Positions 9,912 through 20,000 of a DNA stretch of 64,000 nucleotides are shown here, one piece after another. The first letter of the stretch is position 1; the number at the start of each line of letters is the position of its first letter. The DNA is from an uncultured delta proteobacterium (GTDB lineage Bacteria > Desulfobacterota > Binatia > HRBIN30 > BPIQ01): contig CAVXGR010000005.1 in the NCBI GenBank assembly GCA_963761335.1, forward strand, positions 32,001 through 96,000, written 5' to 3'. The notes below the pieces were generated by a model that did no database searches, was not told the origin of the DNA, and worked only from the letters and a program-made list of their open reading frames with translations. The position numbers and the translations under genes are program-made.

Positions 9912-11291
9912 ATGGCCAAGCTCCTGCTGCTGAATCCTCCCGCGAGCGGCCGGCCGGTGCTCCGGGATTTCGCATGCGGAGAATCGTCCAAGGCCGACTA
10001 CTACTGGGCCCCCATCGACCTCCTGGTGCTGTCCGGCGTGCTGGGGACCGAGCACGATCTGCTGGCCATCGACGCGGTTGCCGAGCCGTGCGCGGCGGAC
10101 GAGGTGCTGGAGCGCGCTCGCGCTTTTCAGCCCGACGCGGTGTTCTCGCTGACGGCGGCGGTGTCGCTCGCCGCGGATGCCCGGTTTCTCGAAGCGCTCG
10201 TCCGTGAGACGGGCGCACGGGTGTATGGCCTCGGCGACGTCGCATCGTTCGCGCCGGGCGAGACGCTCCGGAAGACACCGGTCTTCGACGGGCTGGTACA
10301 GAACTTCGCGGATCCCTCTTTGACGCGATTGGCCGCCGGTGAGGACGGCGAGGTCACCAGCGTCACCTTGCGCCGGGGGCAAACGATCGAGGTGCACCCC
10401 ATCGATCGCCGCGATCCGATGCGCTACCCGATGCCGCGGCACGCCCTGTTCCCGCTCCATCGCTACCGGATGCCATTCACCCGATGGGAGAAGACGACGA
10501 CCCTGCTGACCGCTTACGGCTGTCCGTATCCCTGCACCTTCTGTGCGTCGCGCAGCCTGCCGTATCAGCTGCGCCCGATCGCAGACGCGATCGCGGAGAT
10601 GATCCACGTCGCCGAGCTCGGCGTTCGCGAAGTCTATGTCCGCGACTTTACCTTCGGTCCCACGCGCCGGCGGGCGCAGGAGCTGTGCGAGGCGATCATC
10701 GATGCGGGAATCCAGCTCCGTTGGTCGGCCGAGTGCCGCATCGATGTCCTCGAAGAGAAGTTGCTGGACGTCATGCGCCGGGCGGGCTGCGAGGTGATTC
10801 TGGTGGGCGTCGAGACCGGCGACGAGCAGGTCGCCGCGCGGCTCGGCAAGTCCGTGCAGGCCAGCCGCACACACCGCGTGCTCGCGCATGCGCGGGGGCT
10901 CGGCATTCGCGCCTGCGGCCACTTCGTGCTCGGCAGCCCCGGGGAAACGCGCCCGCAGGCGCTGAGCACCTTGCGCCTTGCCCGCAGCCTTCCCCTCGAC
11001 TATGCATCGTTCAACATGTATGCGCCTCGCCTGGGTACGCCGATGCGGCGGGAGCTCGTCGATCTCGGTAAAGTGGACGCCGACGACTTCGAAGGCCAGG
11101 ACGTCTCCGCCCAGGCAAATGGGTTCGCCGAGATGAGCGCCGAAGAGCTGCGCGGCGTCCTGCGTTGGGGCGTGACCTCTTTCTACCTCCGCCCGTCACA
11201 CATGTACCGTCTGTTGCGCTGCACGCCTTGGTCGACCTTGGCGCGCCAGGGTGCGGGCGTGCTGCGCGGCGTGTTCGAGGCGCGGGCTTGA
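9912..11291 (+). CDS. B12-binding radical SAM protein
   Basis: CPYPCTFC (CxxxCxxC), N-terminal cobalamin-binding-like domain (LLLNPP...), VGVETGD. Confidence 0.85.
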   Translation: MAKLLLLNPPASGRPVLRDFACGESSKADYYWAPIDLLVLSGVLGTEHDLLAIDAVAEPCAADEVLERARAFQPDAVFSLTAAVSLAADARFLEALVRETGARVYGLGDVASFAPGETLRKTPVFDGLVQNFADPSLTRLAAGEDGEVTSVTLRRGQTIEVHPIDRRDPMRYPMPRHALFPLHRYRMPFTRWEKTTTLLTAYGCPYPCTFCASRSLPYQLRPIADAIAEMIHVAELGVREVYVRDFTFGPTRRRAQELCEAIIDAGIQLRWSAECRIDVLEEKLLDVMRRAGCEVILVGVETGDEQVAARLGKSVQASRTHRVLAHARGLGIRACGHFVLGSPGETRPQALSTLRLARSLPLDYASFNMYAPRLGTPMRRELVDLGKVDADDFEGQDVSAQANGFAEMSAEELRGVLRWGVTSFYLRPSHMYRLLRCTPWSTLARQGAGVLRGVFEARA

Positions 11292-12172
11292 GCGACCGCG
11301 CGCCGGAGAGCGAAGAGTGCGGGTCAGGCGTCACGGTCGTCATTCCCGCGCGCGACGAGGAGAGAGGCATTGCGGTGACTCTGGGAGCGCTGTGCGCCGT
11401 CGCGCCGCGCCTCGGCCAGGCGCTCGAGATCATCGTTGTCGACGACGGCTCCAGCGACGCGACGCGCCAGGTCGCCGAGAAGGCCGGCGCCCGCGTGTAC
11501 TCGCACCCCTACTCCGTTGGCTATGGACAGTCGCTGAAGACCGGAATCCGGCACGCGACTCACGACTTGATCGCGATCACCGACGCCGATGGCACCTACC
11601 CTGTCGAGCAGCTGCCGGAGCTCGTCGAGCAGGCCGCACGGTTCGACATGGTCGTCGGCGCACGGACGGGTCCGCACTTCCGCCGAGTCATGTTTTCTCC
11701 GGTGCAGGCGGCGTTCCTGTTGCTCACGAACTTCGTCACCGGGAAATGGATTCCCGATCCCAATTCGGGCTTGCGCGTTTTCCGGCGCTCGCAGATCCTG
11801 CCGCTGCTCGATCGACTCCCGAACGGCTTCTCTTTCACGACGACCCTTACCCTCGTGCTGGTGTCGAGCGGTGCGTTCGTTCATTTTCATCCCGTCCTCT
11901 ATCGGCAGCGTGTCGGGCGTTCGAAGGTCCGTTTCCTTCGCGACGGGCTCCGCGCTGGCCAGGGGATGCTCGAGATCATTCTTCGCCATAATCCTCTGAA
12001 GGCTTTCCTCGCCTTTGCGCTCCTTCCGCTGCTGAGTGCCTGTATCGTCCCATTCCTGCCTCTCGCGCACACGGAGAAGGTTCTTCTCGGCGGACTGGCG
12101 TTGGCGACCGCCGTGGTCGTTTTCGCCCTGGGGATGGTGGCATTCGCGGTGGGCAGAGCGGCGGAGAGATGA
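11288..12172 (+). CDS. GT2 glycosyltransferase (polyprenol-phosphate glycosyltransferase-like) with C-terminal TM helices
   Basis: VVIPARDEE, VVDDGSSD, ITDADGTY, DPNSGLR; TTG start overlaps the upstream stop. Confidence 0.88.
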   Translation: MSDRAPESEECGSGVTVVIPARDEERGIAVTLGALCAVAPRLGQALEIIVVDDGSSDATRQVAEKAGARVYSHPYSVGYGQSLKTGIRHATHDLIAITDADGTYPVEQLPELVEQAARFDMVVGARTGPHFRRVMFSPVQAAFLLLTNFVTGKWIPDPNSGLRVFRRSQILPLLDRLPNGFSFTTTLTLVLVSSGAFVHFHPVLYRQRVGRSKVRFLRDGLRAGQGMLEIILRHNPLKAFLAFALLPLLSACIVPFLPLAHTEKVLLGGLALATAVVVFALGMVAFAVGRAAER

Positions 12173-14085
12173 TCGCCGGCGCCCCTGGCCGAGCGCGCCG
12201 GCTCTCCATCCGACAAGCACAAGTCATCGCGGCCGCCTTCGTCCTGGCGATGGATTTGCTCGCCCGGCCGGCGCTCGCAGGAGCTTTCGATCTGCACGCC
12301 TACCAGGAATCATTCCGCCAGTGGGAGCAGATCGGCACGACCTGGTCGCTGTGGGTTGCGTTTGCTGCCTGTGCCGTCGCACTGGGTGGGTCGCTGGGAC
12401 GGGCGCTGAATCGGTTCGCCTCGGAGCGATCCGTCTCTGCCGGTGGGCTCGCCGCCGCCGTCGATTCCTCTGCCGTGCTGGCATGGAGCGCCTTCGTGCG
12501 GTTCGTCCTGACCCAGCCGAACATCTTGACGGATGGGGGATCGGGCTACGGCCGCCTGGATCGGCAGTTCGTCCCTGGGTTCGGTGGTCTCTCGGTACTG
12601 ATCGGCACCTTGCTGGGGGACGGACCGCGTTTCGTGACCCCCGATGGGACGCACGCATATTTCATGTGGACCATGTTGCGTGTCCCCTGGCTGCTTGCCG
12701 CGTTTGCACCTCCACTGCTCGTCTTGCTGGCGCGCGCCCTTGGCCTTTCCCGCTGGACGTCGTTCATCGCGGGCATGGGGCTCGCCTCCCTCCCACTGCA
12801 CGCCGCGATGTACTCGAGCGACTTCATCCTCGGGCCGCTGCTCACCCTGGAACTTCTCGGGCTGGCGCTGGTGGCGGCAGCGGTCAGATTCGATCGAACC
12901 GATGTCGGTATCGCCGGCACCGCCGTCCTGGCGTTCGCGTGCTGGGGGCGCCCGGAGGTGGCAACGGTCGGTGCCGTCTTGTTGATCATCGCGTGGCCCA
13001 TGCTGGCGCGTTGGCGGTCACGTCCCGCATCTCTGGTTGCATCTGTATGGTTCGGGACAAATCTCCTGGCCAGCGTGGCGATCGCTCGGGTGCTCGGTAC
13101 CGGGAGCGGCCTCAAGCCGGATCTCTTGCGCTGGCCGGAACTCCCCATCGGGCACTTTCTGACGCTCCAGCCGATCATTCCTTTCTGGCTCTGGGTGCCG
13201 TTGCCCTTCGGTTTGGCGCGCCTCGCTCTCCGCGACCGCAGGCGTCTTTGGCTCGTGACGATCGGTGTTGCGGCCGGGTTCCTGCCGTACGTGATCAAGG
13301 TGGGCATCCGAAGTGATCCGACAGGCAGCTACCTCGAGTTCTTTCGCTACGGTACGTGGACGCTGCCGTGGATCCTGCTTGTGATGGCAGAGGGCATCGA
13401 GGCCATCGCGCGGTTCGTGGGAGAGCGACTTGGCGGGCCTCTTCCCGGACGGGCCCGGCGCATTCAGGACGCCGTCGCAGCACTCTTCGTCGCCGTATGC
13501 ATGGCGACGCCTCTCTTTTTCCGAGGCTATCTCTCGCGCCGATACGGTCCCCGTGTCGAGGAAGAAGCCTTCCGCGAGGCACTGGAAAAGGTTCCCGACG
13601 GTTGCGGTCTGGTTGCCCCGGACGACCAAGCCGACATGGCGAGCCAGGGAGGCGGAACGATCGAGATCCTGAGACGCTATGTGTACATTGCGGAAGAGGC
13701 GCGGGCGCGCTCGGAGAGCTCCCTCGATGCCAGACGGGTGATGGGAGTCACTCCCTTCCTGGAATCGATCGACCGACGCGGGGAGCTGCCGCCGGTGCCC
13801 CAATCAGATCCGGAGCGGGGTGGGACGCATCCCCCCTGCTGGTACTACTTCCGCGGCTCCTATTGCTACACCGGGTTCTCCGGCTCCGGCTCCCGCTCCT
13901 GCGCGGAGCTCGAGCGACGCGTCGTTCTCGCGCCGGTCTTTACGCGTGACATCCTCTATATTTCGCATCGTCTGGTCACCCGCCCGGATCTGCGCGATCG
14001 ACCCCTCTACGATCCGGCGCAGCGACTGGTATTGGCGAGCGTCGAGCGCCTGCGAGCCGCGGCCCCCGAAGGCGCGCCTCGCTGA
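12169..14085 (+). CDS. Polytopic membrane protein, possibly a GT-C-fold transferase
   Basis: About 10 hydrophobic segments with a WGRPE motif, followed by a soluble Cys-containing C-terminal domain; coupled to GT2. Confidence 0.6.
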   Translation: MIAGAPGRARRLSIRQAQVIAAAFVLAMDLLARPALAGAFDLHAYQESFRQWEQIGTTWSLWVAFAACAVALGGSLGRALNRFASERSVSAGGLAAAVDSSAVLAWSAFVRFVLTQPNILTDGGSGYGRLDRQFVPGFGGLSVLIGTLLGDGPRFVTPDGTHAYFMWTMLRVPWLLAAFAPPLLVLLARALGLSRWTSFIAGMGLASLPLHAAMYSSDFILGPLLTLELLGLALVAAAVRFDRTDVGIAGTAVLAFACWGRPEVATVGAVLLIIAWPMLARWRSRPASLVASVWFGTNLLASVAIARVLGTGSGLKPDLLRWPELPIGHFLTLQPIIPFWLWVPLPFGLARLALRDRRRLWLVTIGVAAGFLPYVIKVGIRSDPTGSYLEFFRYGTWTLPWILLVMAEGIEAIARFVGERLGGPLPGRARRIQDAVAALFVAVCMATPLFFRGYLSRRYGPRVEEEAFREALEKVPDGCGLVAPDDQADMASQGGGTIEILRRYVYIAEEARARSESSLDARRVMGVTPFLESIDRRGELPPVPQSDPERGGTHPPCWYYFRGSYCYTGFSGSGSRSCAELERRVVLAPVFTRDILYISHRLVTRPDLRDRPLYDPAQRLVLASVERLRAAAPEGAPR

Positions 14086-14099
14086 TCCGGACGCGGTAG

Positions 14100-15977
14100 A
14101 TGTGCGGCATCGCTGGAATCGTCGATCCGACTCCGCAGCCGGACGCGCGGCTCGCGGTTGAGCGAATGGCTGCGGCGCTCGCCCGCCGCGGGCCGGACGG
14201 CGATGGACTCCTCGACTGTGGGTTCGCGGTGCTCGGCCATCGGCGGCTGGCGATCGTCGATGTAGAGGGCGGCCTGCAGCCGATGAGCGCTCCGGATGAC
14301 GACGTGGCGCTGGTCGCCAATGCGGAGATCTACAACCACGCCGAGCTGCGCTGCGAGCTCGAGGCGCGCGGGTTCCGCTTCCGCACGCGCTGTGACGTGG
14401 AAGCCATCCTCCACGGCTATCGCGCCTGGGGCGCCGGTGTCGTGGAGCGCTTGCACGGCATGTTCGCGTTCGCGATCTGGGACGGGCGTCGGCGATCGCT
14501 GCTGCTGGCGCGCGATCGCCTCGGTCAGAAGCCTCTCTACTACGCGCATGAGGGCAGCCGACTTCTCTTTGCGTCGGAACCGAAGGCGATCCTCGCGGCG
14601 CTGGGAACCACGCCGCGCATCGAGCCGCGCGCCCTTGCCCGTTATCTCGCCTTCGACTTCGTGCCGAGTCCGTGGTGCATTTTCGAGGGGATTGCCAAGC
14701 TTCCCGCGGCTCACCGGTTGGAGCTCTGCGCCGGCTCCGAGCCACGCCTGTCGGCGTACTGGGAGCTGCCGGTGCCGTCGTCGCACGCACCATCATTCGA
14801 CGATGCCGCCCATCATGTGCGGAGGCTTTTCGAGCAGGCGGTTCAACGGCGGCTGATGAGCGACGTTCCAATCGGGCTCATGCTCTCGGGCGGCTTCGAC
14901 TCGACCGTGGTCGGTACGGCGTTGCGGCGGCTCGGCGCACGGTTCGAGACCTTCTCTCTCGGTTTCGATGATGCGGAGTTCGACGAGTCGGCGCCGGCGC
15001 GCGCCGTGGCAGACTTCCTGGGCACCAAGCATCACGAGGCTCACTTCAGCGTGCGCGCCTTGCACGCGGCGCTGCCGGAAATCATCGAGTGGCTGGACGA
15101 GCCCTTCGCCGACCCATCGCTGCTCGCCGTGCATGTGCTCAGTGCCTTCACGCGGCAGCGGGTGAAGGTGGTGCTCGGCGGCGACGGCGCCGACGAGCTG
15201 TTCGCTGGCTATCATGTCTTTCTCGCGGCCAAGCTCGACGGTTGGACCCGCCTGGCCGGCTCCCTGCGGCAATGGGGGCTCGGCACGATGGCGCGACTGT
15301 CCCATGTACGGGAGGAGCATTTCAGCCTGGATCTTCGCTTGCGCCAGTTTGCGCAGGGGCTGGCCCATGAGGATCTGGAACGGCCGACGGCATACACGCT
15401 GAACGGTTCGGCTGCGGACATCGCCGAGCTGCTCGGAAAGCCATCGCCCGACAACGTGCTCACCGAGGCGCGCGCTGCCGCGGCGCCGCTGCGCCGCGGC
15501 GCCCTGGATCTGGCGCTGCGACAGTATGCGCGCTTCTTCCTGGAATCGGACATTCTCTTCAAGCTCGACCGTGCGGGCATGGCGCACGGGCTCGAGATCC
15601 GCAGCCCGTTCCTGGACCACGAGCTCGCCGGCTATGCGGCTTCGTTGCCCGCGACCCTGAAGCTATCCGGGCTCACTCGAAAATCGCTGCTGCGCCGGGC
15701 GCTGGGTGCGGACATTCCACCCGCGGTGCTGGCGCGGCGGAAGCAGGGCTTCTCCGTGCCGATCGTGCGCTGGATCAACGGCGAGCTGCGCGGGTGGTTC
15801 GACGAGGTGCTGCTCGACCCGGCGGGCTATGCCGACGGGCTGATCGAACGCCGCGCCGTCGAGCGGTTGCTGGCGCGCCATCGCCGCGGCGAGGCGAATC
15901 TACGCAAGCCGATCTGGAATCTGGCGATGCTGATGCTGTGGAAGGAGCATTGGCTGCGTCGGCCCCAGGCCCCGTAA
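14100..15977 (+). CDS. asnB: Asparagine synthase (glutamine-hydrolysing)-family amidotransferase
   Basis: MCGIAG Ntn start, RGPDG, GHRRLAIVD, LSGGFDS, GDGADELFAGY, RSPFLDH, RKQGF. Confidence 0.93.
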   Translation: MCGIAGIVDPTPQPDARLAVERMAAALARRGPDGDGLLDCGFAVLGHRRLAIVDVEGGLQPMSAPDDDVALVANAEIYNHAELRCELEARGFRFRTRCDVEAILHGYRAWGAGVVERLHGMFAFAIWDGRRRSLLLARDRLGQKPLYYAHEGSRLLFASEPKAILAALGTTPRIEPRALARYLAFDFVPSPWCIFEGIAKLPAAHRLELCAGSEPRLSAYWELPVPSSHAPSFDDAAHHVRRLFEQAVQRRLMSDVPIGLMLSGGFDSTVVGTALRRLGARFETFSLGFDDAEFDESAPARAVADFLGTKHHEAHFSVRALHAALPEIIEWLDEPFADPSLLAVHVLSAFTRQRVKVVLGGDGADELFAGYHVFLAAKLDGWTRLAGSLRQWGLGTMARLSHVREEHFSLDLRLRQFAQGLAHEDLERPTAYTLNGSAADIAELLGKPSPDNVLTEARAAAAPLRRGALDLALRQYARFFLESDILFKLDRAGMAHGLEIRSPFLDHELAGYAASLPATLKLSGLTRKSLLRRALGADIPPAVLARRKQGFSVPIVRWINGELRGWFDEVLLDPAGYADGLIERRAVERLLARHRRGEANLRKPIWNLAMLMLWKEHWLRRPQAP

Positions 15978-16029
15978 AGCCGCTGCGCGAGCCTTAGTAT
16001 TTTCACGCCGCTCACGCCGCTGCGGGCGC

Positions 16030-16138
16030 GGGTTCCCTCTCCCGCATTGTTTCGCGGGAGGGACAGGGTGAGGGTTCCAGGAAGAAGCCCCTCACCTTGA
16101 TCCTCTCCCCGCGAAAAGAATGCGGGGAGAGGAGACCC
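16030..16138. repeat. Intergenic REP-like element (CCCTCACC...CCTCTCCCCGC...GCGGGGAGAGG family)
   Basis: Nested hairpins; similar copy at 55252-55399. Confidence 0.75.
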
Positions 16139-16252
16139 TTGCGCGAGGCGGGCGGGAGATAATTGCAGAGTCGGACCGGCAAACTAGGACAGTACCCGAG
16201 CCTTGCCACCGGCTGCATTCGCCCGCCGGATCTTGTAGGCTGCCTGGGTCCA

Positions 16253-17011
16253 ATGAAGGCCGTCCTCGACTGGGTGTTGACCGTTCCCTTCCTGCTCGCC
16301 TTCGGGCTGACGCTGCTGGTGTTCGACGTGGCGCAGCGGCTGGCGCGCCTGTTCGGCCGCCGCCCGCACGACTACGTCGCCGGCGCCCTGCAGTGGACGC
16401 TGATCCACACCTTCGCCATCGCCGGCACGCGCCTCCAGATCGAACGCTCGTCGCAGGTACGGCCGCACACGCCGTATCTCATCATCGCCAATCACCAGAG
16501 CATGTTCGACGTCCCCATCTTCGGCGGCCTCTTCTTCTCCAACTTTCCCAAGTACGTTTCCAAGAAGTCGCTGGCGAAGTGGATTCCGAGCATCTCCTAC
16601 AACCTGCGCGCCGGCGGCCATGCGCTCATCGATCGCGGCGACGCCGAGCAGGCCGTCGGCGCCATCCGCCAGCTCGCCGCCGCGGTCCGCAGCCGCGGCG
16701 TGTCGGCGGTGATCTTTCCCGAGGGGACGCGTGCCCGCCACGGCGCCCTCGGGCCTTTTCGCCGGCGCGGTGCCCTGGCGCTGCTGGAAGCGGCGCCGGA
16801 CACGGCCGTGGTTCCGGTGTGCATCGACGAGTCATGGCGCCTGCTGCGGCACAATCTCTTGCCGATCCCCTTCGGCACCCGCGTCCGCGTGTGGATCGGC
16901 GCTCCCATCGAGCGCCGCCAAGACGAGGATCCCGCCGCTCTGCTGAGCCAGGTCGAGGAGGAGATTCGCGCCGCCCTCGAGCGCTCGCGCGAGTCGCGCT
17001 CGGCGGCGTGA
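16253..17011 (+). CDS. Lysophospholipid / 1-acyl-sn-glycerol-3-phosphate acyltransferase
   Basis: NHQSMFD and IFPEGTR motifs. Confidence 0.9.
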   Translation: MKAVLDWVLTVPFLLAFGLTLLVFDVAQRLARLFGRRPHDYVAGALQWTLIHTFAIAGTRLQIERSSQVRPHTPYLIIANHQSMFDVPIFGGLFFSNFPKYVSKKSLAKWIPSISYNLRAGGHALIDRGDAEQAVGAIRQLAAAVRSRGVSAVIFPEGTRARHGALGPFRRRGALALLEAAPDTAVVPVCIDESWRLLRHNLLPIPFGTRVRVWIGAPIERRQDEDPAALLSQVEEEIRAALERSRESRSAA

Positions 17012-17057
17012 CGGCCGGGCGGATGCGGGTGGGATCTCGGTCATAGAGCCAGCTGCT

Positions 17058-20000
17058 GTGCATCTGGGACCGGGAAAGCGTTTCGAGTCTCTGGGCGTGC
17101 TCGGCCGAGGAAGCAGCGGAGTGGTCTACCGCGCTTTCGACCACGAAATCGGCGCGGAGGTGGCTCTAAAGACCTTGGAGAAACGCGATCCGGAGAGTTC
17201 GTATCTCCTCAAGCGTGAGTTCCGCTCGCTTGCCGGAGTCTGTCACCGCAACTTGGTCGAACTCTACGAGCTGGTGGTGACCGACGAGGAGTCGTTCTTT
17301 ACGATGGAGCTAATCGAGGGGCTGAGCTTCGTCGATTTCGTGCGGGCCGTGGGGTCCGGTGAAGCGCGCCTCGACCGGATGCTTGCTGTTGGCCGACAGC
17401 TGGGGGAGGGTCTGGCCGCGCTTCACGCCGCCGGCAAGCTCCACCGCGACATCAAGCCTCCGAACGTTCTCGTAGACGGCAACGGCCGCGTTGTGCTTCT
17501 CGACTTTGGCTTCACGATCGCCCCTTCGGCTAGCGACATCCAGGATCCCGATGCGAGCGAGGTAGTCGGGACGCTGTCCTACATGGCCCCTGAGGTCCTG
17601 TGGGGCGCGCCGCCCGAGGAGGCGGCCGATTGGTACAGTACGGGGGTGATCTTCTACGAAGCCCTCACGGGGCGGCTACCGCATAGCGGCCGGGCAGCAT
17701 TGGTCCGGCGCAGCGCGCGAGAGATGCCGCAGCCACCTTCGACAGTCGATCCGTCGCTGCCCGCTCGTCTCGACGGTGCGGTCATGCGGCTTCTGCATCC
17801 CGACCCCGCGCAGCGCCGCTCGCCGGTCGATCTCCTCGCTCGCGTCGACCTCAACGATCGCTCTCCCTTGGCGAGCTCTCCGCCCCCACGGCCGGAGGCC
17901 GCATTCGTCGGGCGTCGGACAGAAACGGCGACCCTTCGCGCCGCCTATGAGTCTGTCGGCCGCGGGGCGCCAGCCGTGGTGCAGGTATATGGTCCGTCTG
18001 GAATCGGCAAGACCGAGCTCGTGCAGCACTTTGTGTGCTGCCTCGAGTCGGAGGGCGCGCTCGTGCTACGCGGGCGCTGTCACCCATACGAGCAGATCCC
18101 GTACAAGGGACTCGACACCCTCATCGACTGCCTCAGTCGTTATCTCCTGAGTCTTCCCGCCGACGCTGCGGGTGCGCTCCTGCCCCCCCACGCCGCGGAG
18201 TTGCTGCGCGTCTTTCCGGTGCTGGCGCGCGTTCCAGGTTTCGCGCAGGGTCGACTCCCCGAGGACACGGAACCATTCCAGGTGAGGCGGCGCGCCTTCT
18301 CAGCGCTGCGCCAGTTACTCGGCGCCATTGCCGACCAGCGGCGCCTGGTGCTTTGGATCGACGATCTCCAGTGGGCGGATGCCGACAGTGCCGTGGCGCT
18401 GCGCGACCTTCTGCACGGTCCTGTAGTGCCGCCGATTCTCCTTCTACTCTCCTTTCGGAGTGAGGACCGCGCACAGACGCCGTTTCTTGCGGAGCTGTGG
18501 AGTCTGCCCCTGGATTGGGCGCGCGAACTGGCGGTCGCCGGGCTGGACGGCGACGACATCAGGGTGCTCTTGCGGCAGGTTGCGCCGGATATCCCTGCGG
18601 AGTTCATAGAGCAGATCGCCAGCGAGGCGGGCGGCTCTCCGTTCTTTGCCGCGCAGCTTGCCCGCTATGCCGGCCATGGTCCGGCGGCAAGCGGAGGTGT
18701 TCAAGCCTTCCGACTGGAGAGCGTGGTAGGGAATCGGCTGGAGGAGCTCGCGCCGCCGGAACGTGAGATTCTTGAGATCGTTTCGGTCGCAGGCCACCCA
18801 ATCGAACGCCGCATGGCCCTCGGCGCTGCGGGCATGGCGGAGCGCCACCGGCCGTTGCTCGTGCGGCTCGAGCGCGAGACCCTGCTGCGTGCGACTTCGC
18901 TCGACCGCGACGTTGCCGTCGAGATCTACCACGACAAGATCCGCGAGGCGATCATCACCCGGCTCACTCCCGAGGTGCTCCGCCGCCGCCACGGCCAGAT
19001 TGCAGAGGCTCTGGTACGGGCGGGAAGTGCCGATTCGCAAGACCTGTTCACTCACTATCTCGGTGCCGGGGATCAGGAGCGTGCCCGACCATATGGAGTG
19101 ACGGCCGCCGAGCGCGCCGCCGAAGCGCTCGCCTTCGATCGTGCCGCCGCCTTATACCGCCAGGTTCTGGAGCTCGAGCTGGCGGGCGATGAGAGACGGC
19201 TTCTCGTGGCCAAGCTGGCGGACGCCCTGGCGAACTCCGGCCGTGGCTCTGATGCCGCCGAGCAGTTCGAGGCGGCCGCCAGCCTTTGGGAGGAAGAGGA
19301 GGGGGGACGAGAGGTGGCGTTGAGTCTGCATAGACGTGCCGCCGAGCAGTACCTGCGTGCCGGCAGCTTGGAGCGAGGAATCCAGGTGACGCGCGACGTG
19401 CTCGCTCACGTCGGTGTTCGCCTGCCTGTGGGGGCCGGCCGAAGCATCGCCACAGCGCTGTGGCAGCGAACCCGCCTTCTCGTGGCGCGGTACGACAGGG
19501 TGAAGCCGTTGCCAGCGATCTCGAGCCAGCAGCGGCTGCGTCTCGACACCTGCTGGGGATCGGCGCTCGCTCTTTCGGTCATGGACCAGATGGCCTCTGA
19601 GCTTCTGACCGGACGCCACTTGCTCGAGGCGTCGCGAGTCGGCGAACGCTCGCACGTCGCGCGAGCTCTGGGTCTGGAAGCCGTGAAGAGCGCTCAGCTC
19701 GGTGGCCGATTTCTGCAGCGGCGCAGCGTGCGTCTGCTGCGACTCGCCGAGGAGATGTCGCGAGACCTGGACGATCCGTACAGCCGCGCCTTCCACCTGT
19801 CCTGCGTCGGTGCGGCCGCCTACGAGCGCGCGGAATGGAGAAAGGCATTCGAGAGCTGTGACGCGGCCACCAGCCTCTACCGCGCCGAGTGCACCGGAGC
19901 CGTGTGGGAATCGGTCACGACGCAGGCATTCGCGCTCTCCGCCCTGGCGCACATGGGCGACCTTCTCGAGCTTGGACGTCGGCTTCCTGCGGCCATCGCT

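Noticed and set aside
9912..15977. Lasso peptide / RiPP cluster (AsnB-like plus radical SAM)
   Set aside because: AsnB keeps an intact Cys-initiated glutaminase domain, and no B1/B2 (RRE, peptidase) genes, SPASM domain or precursor were seen.
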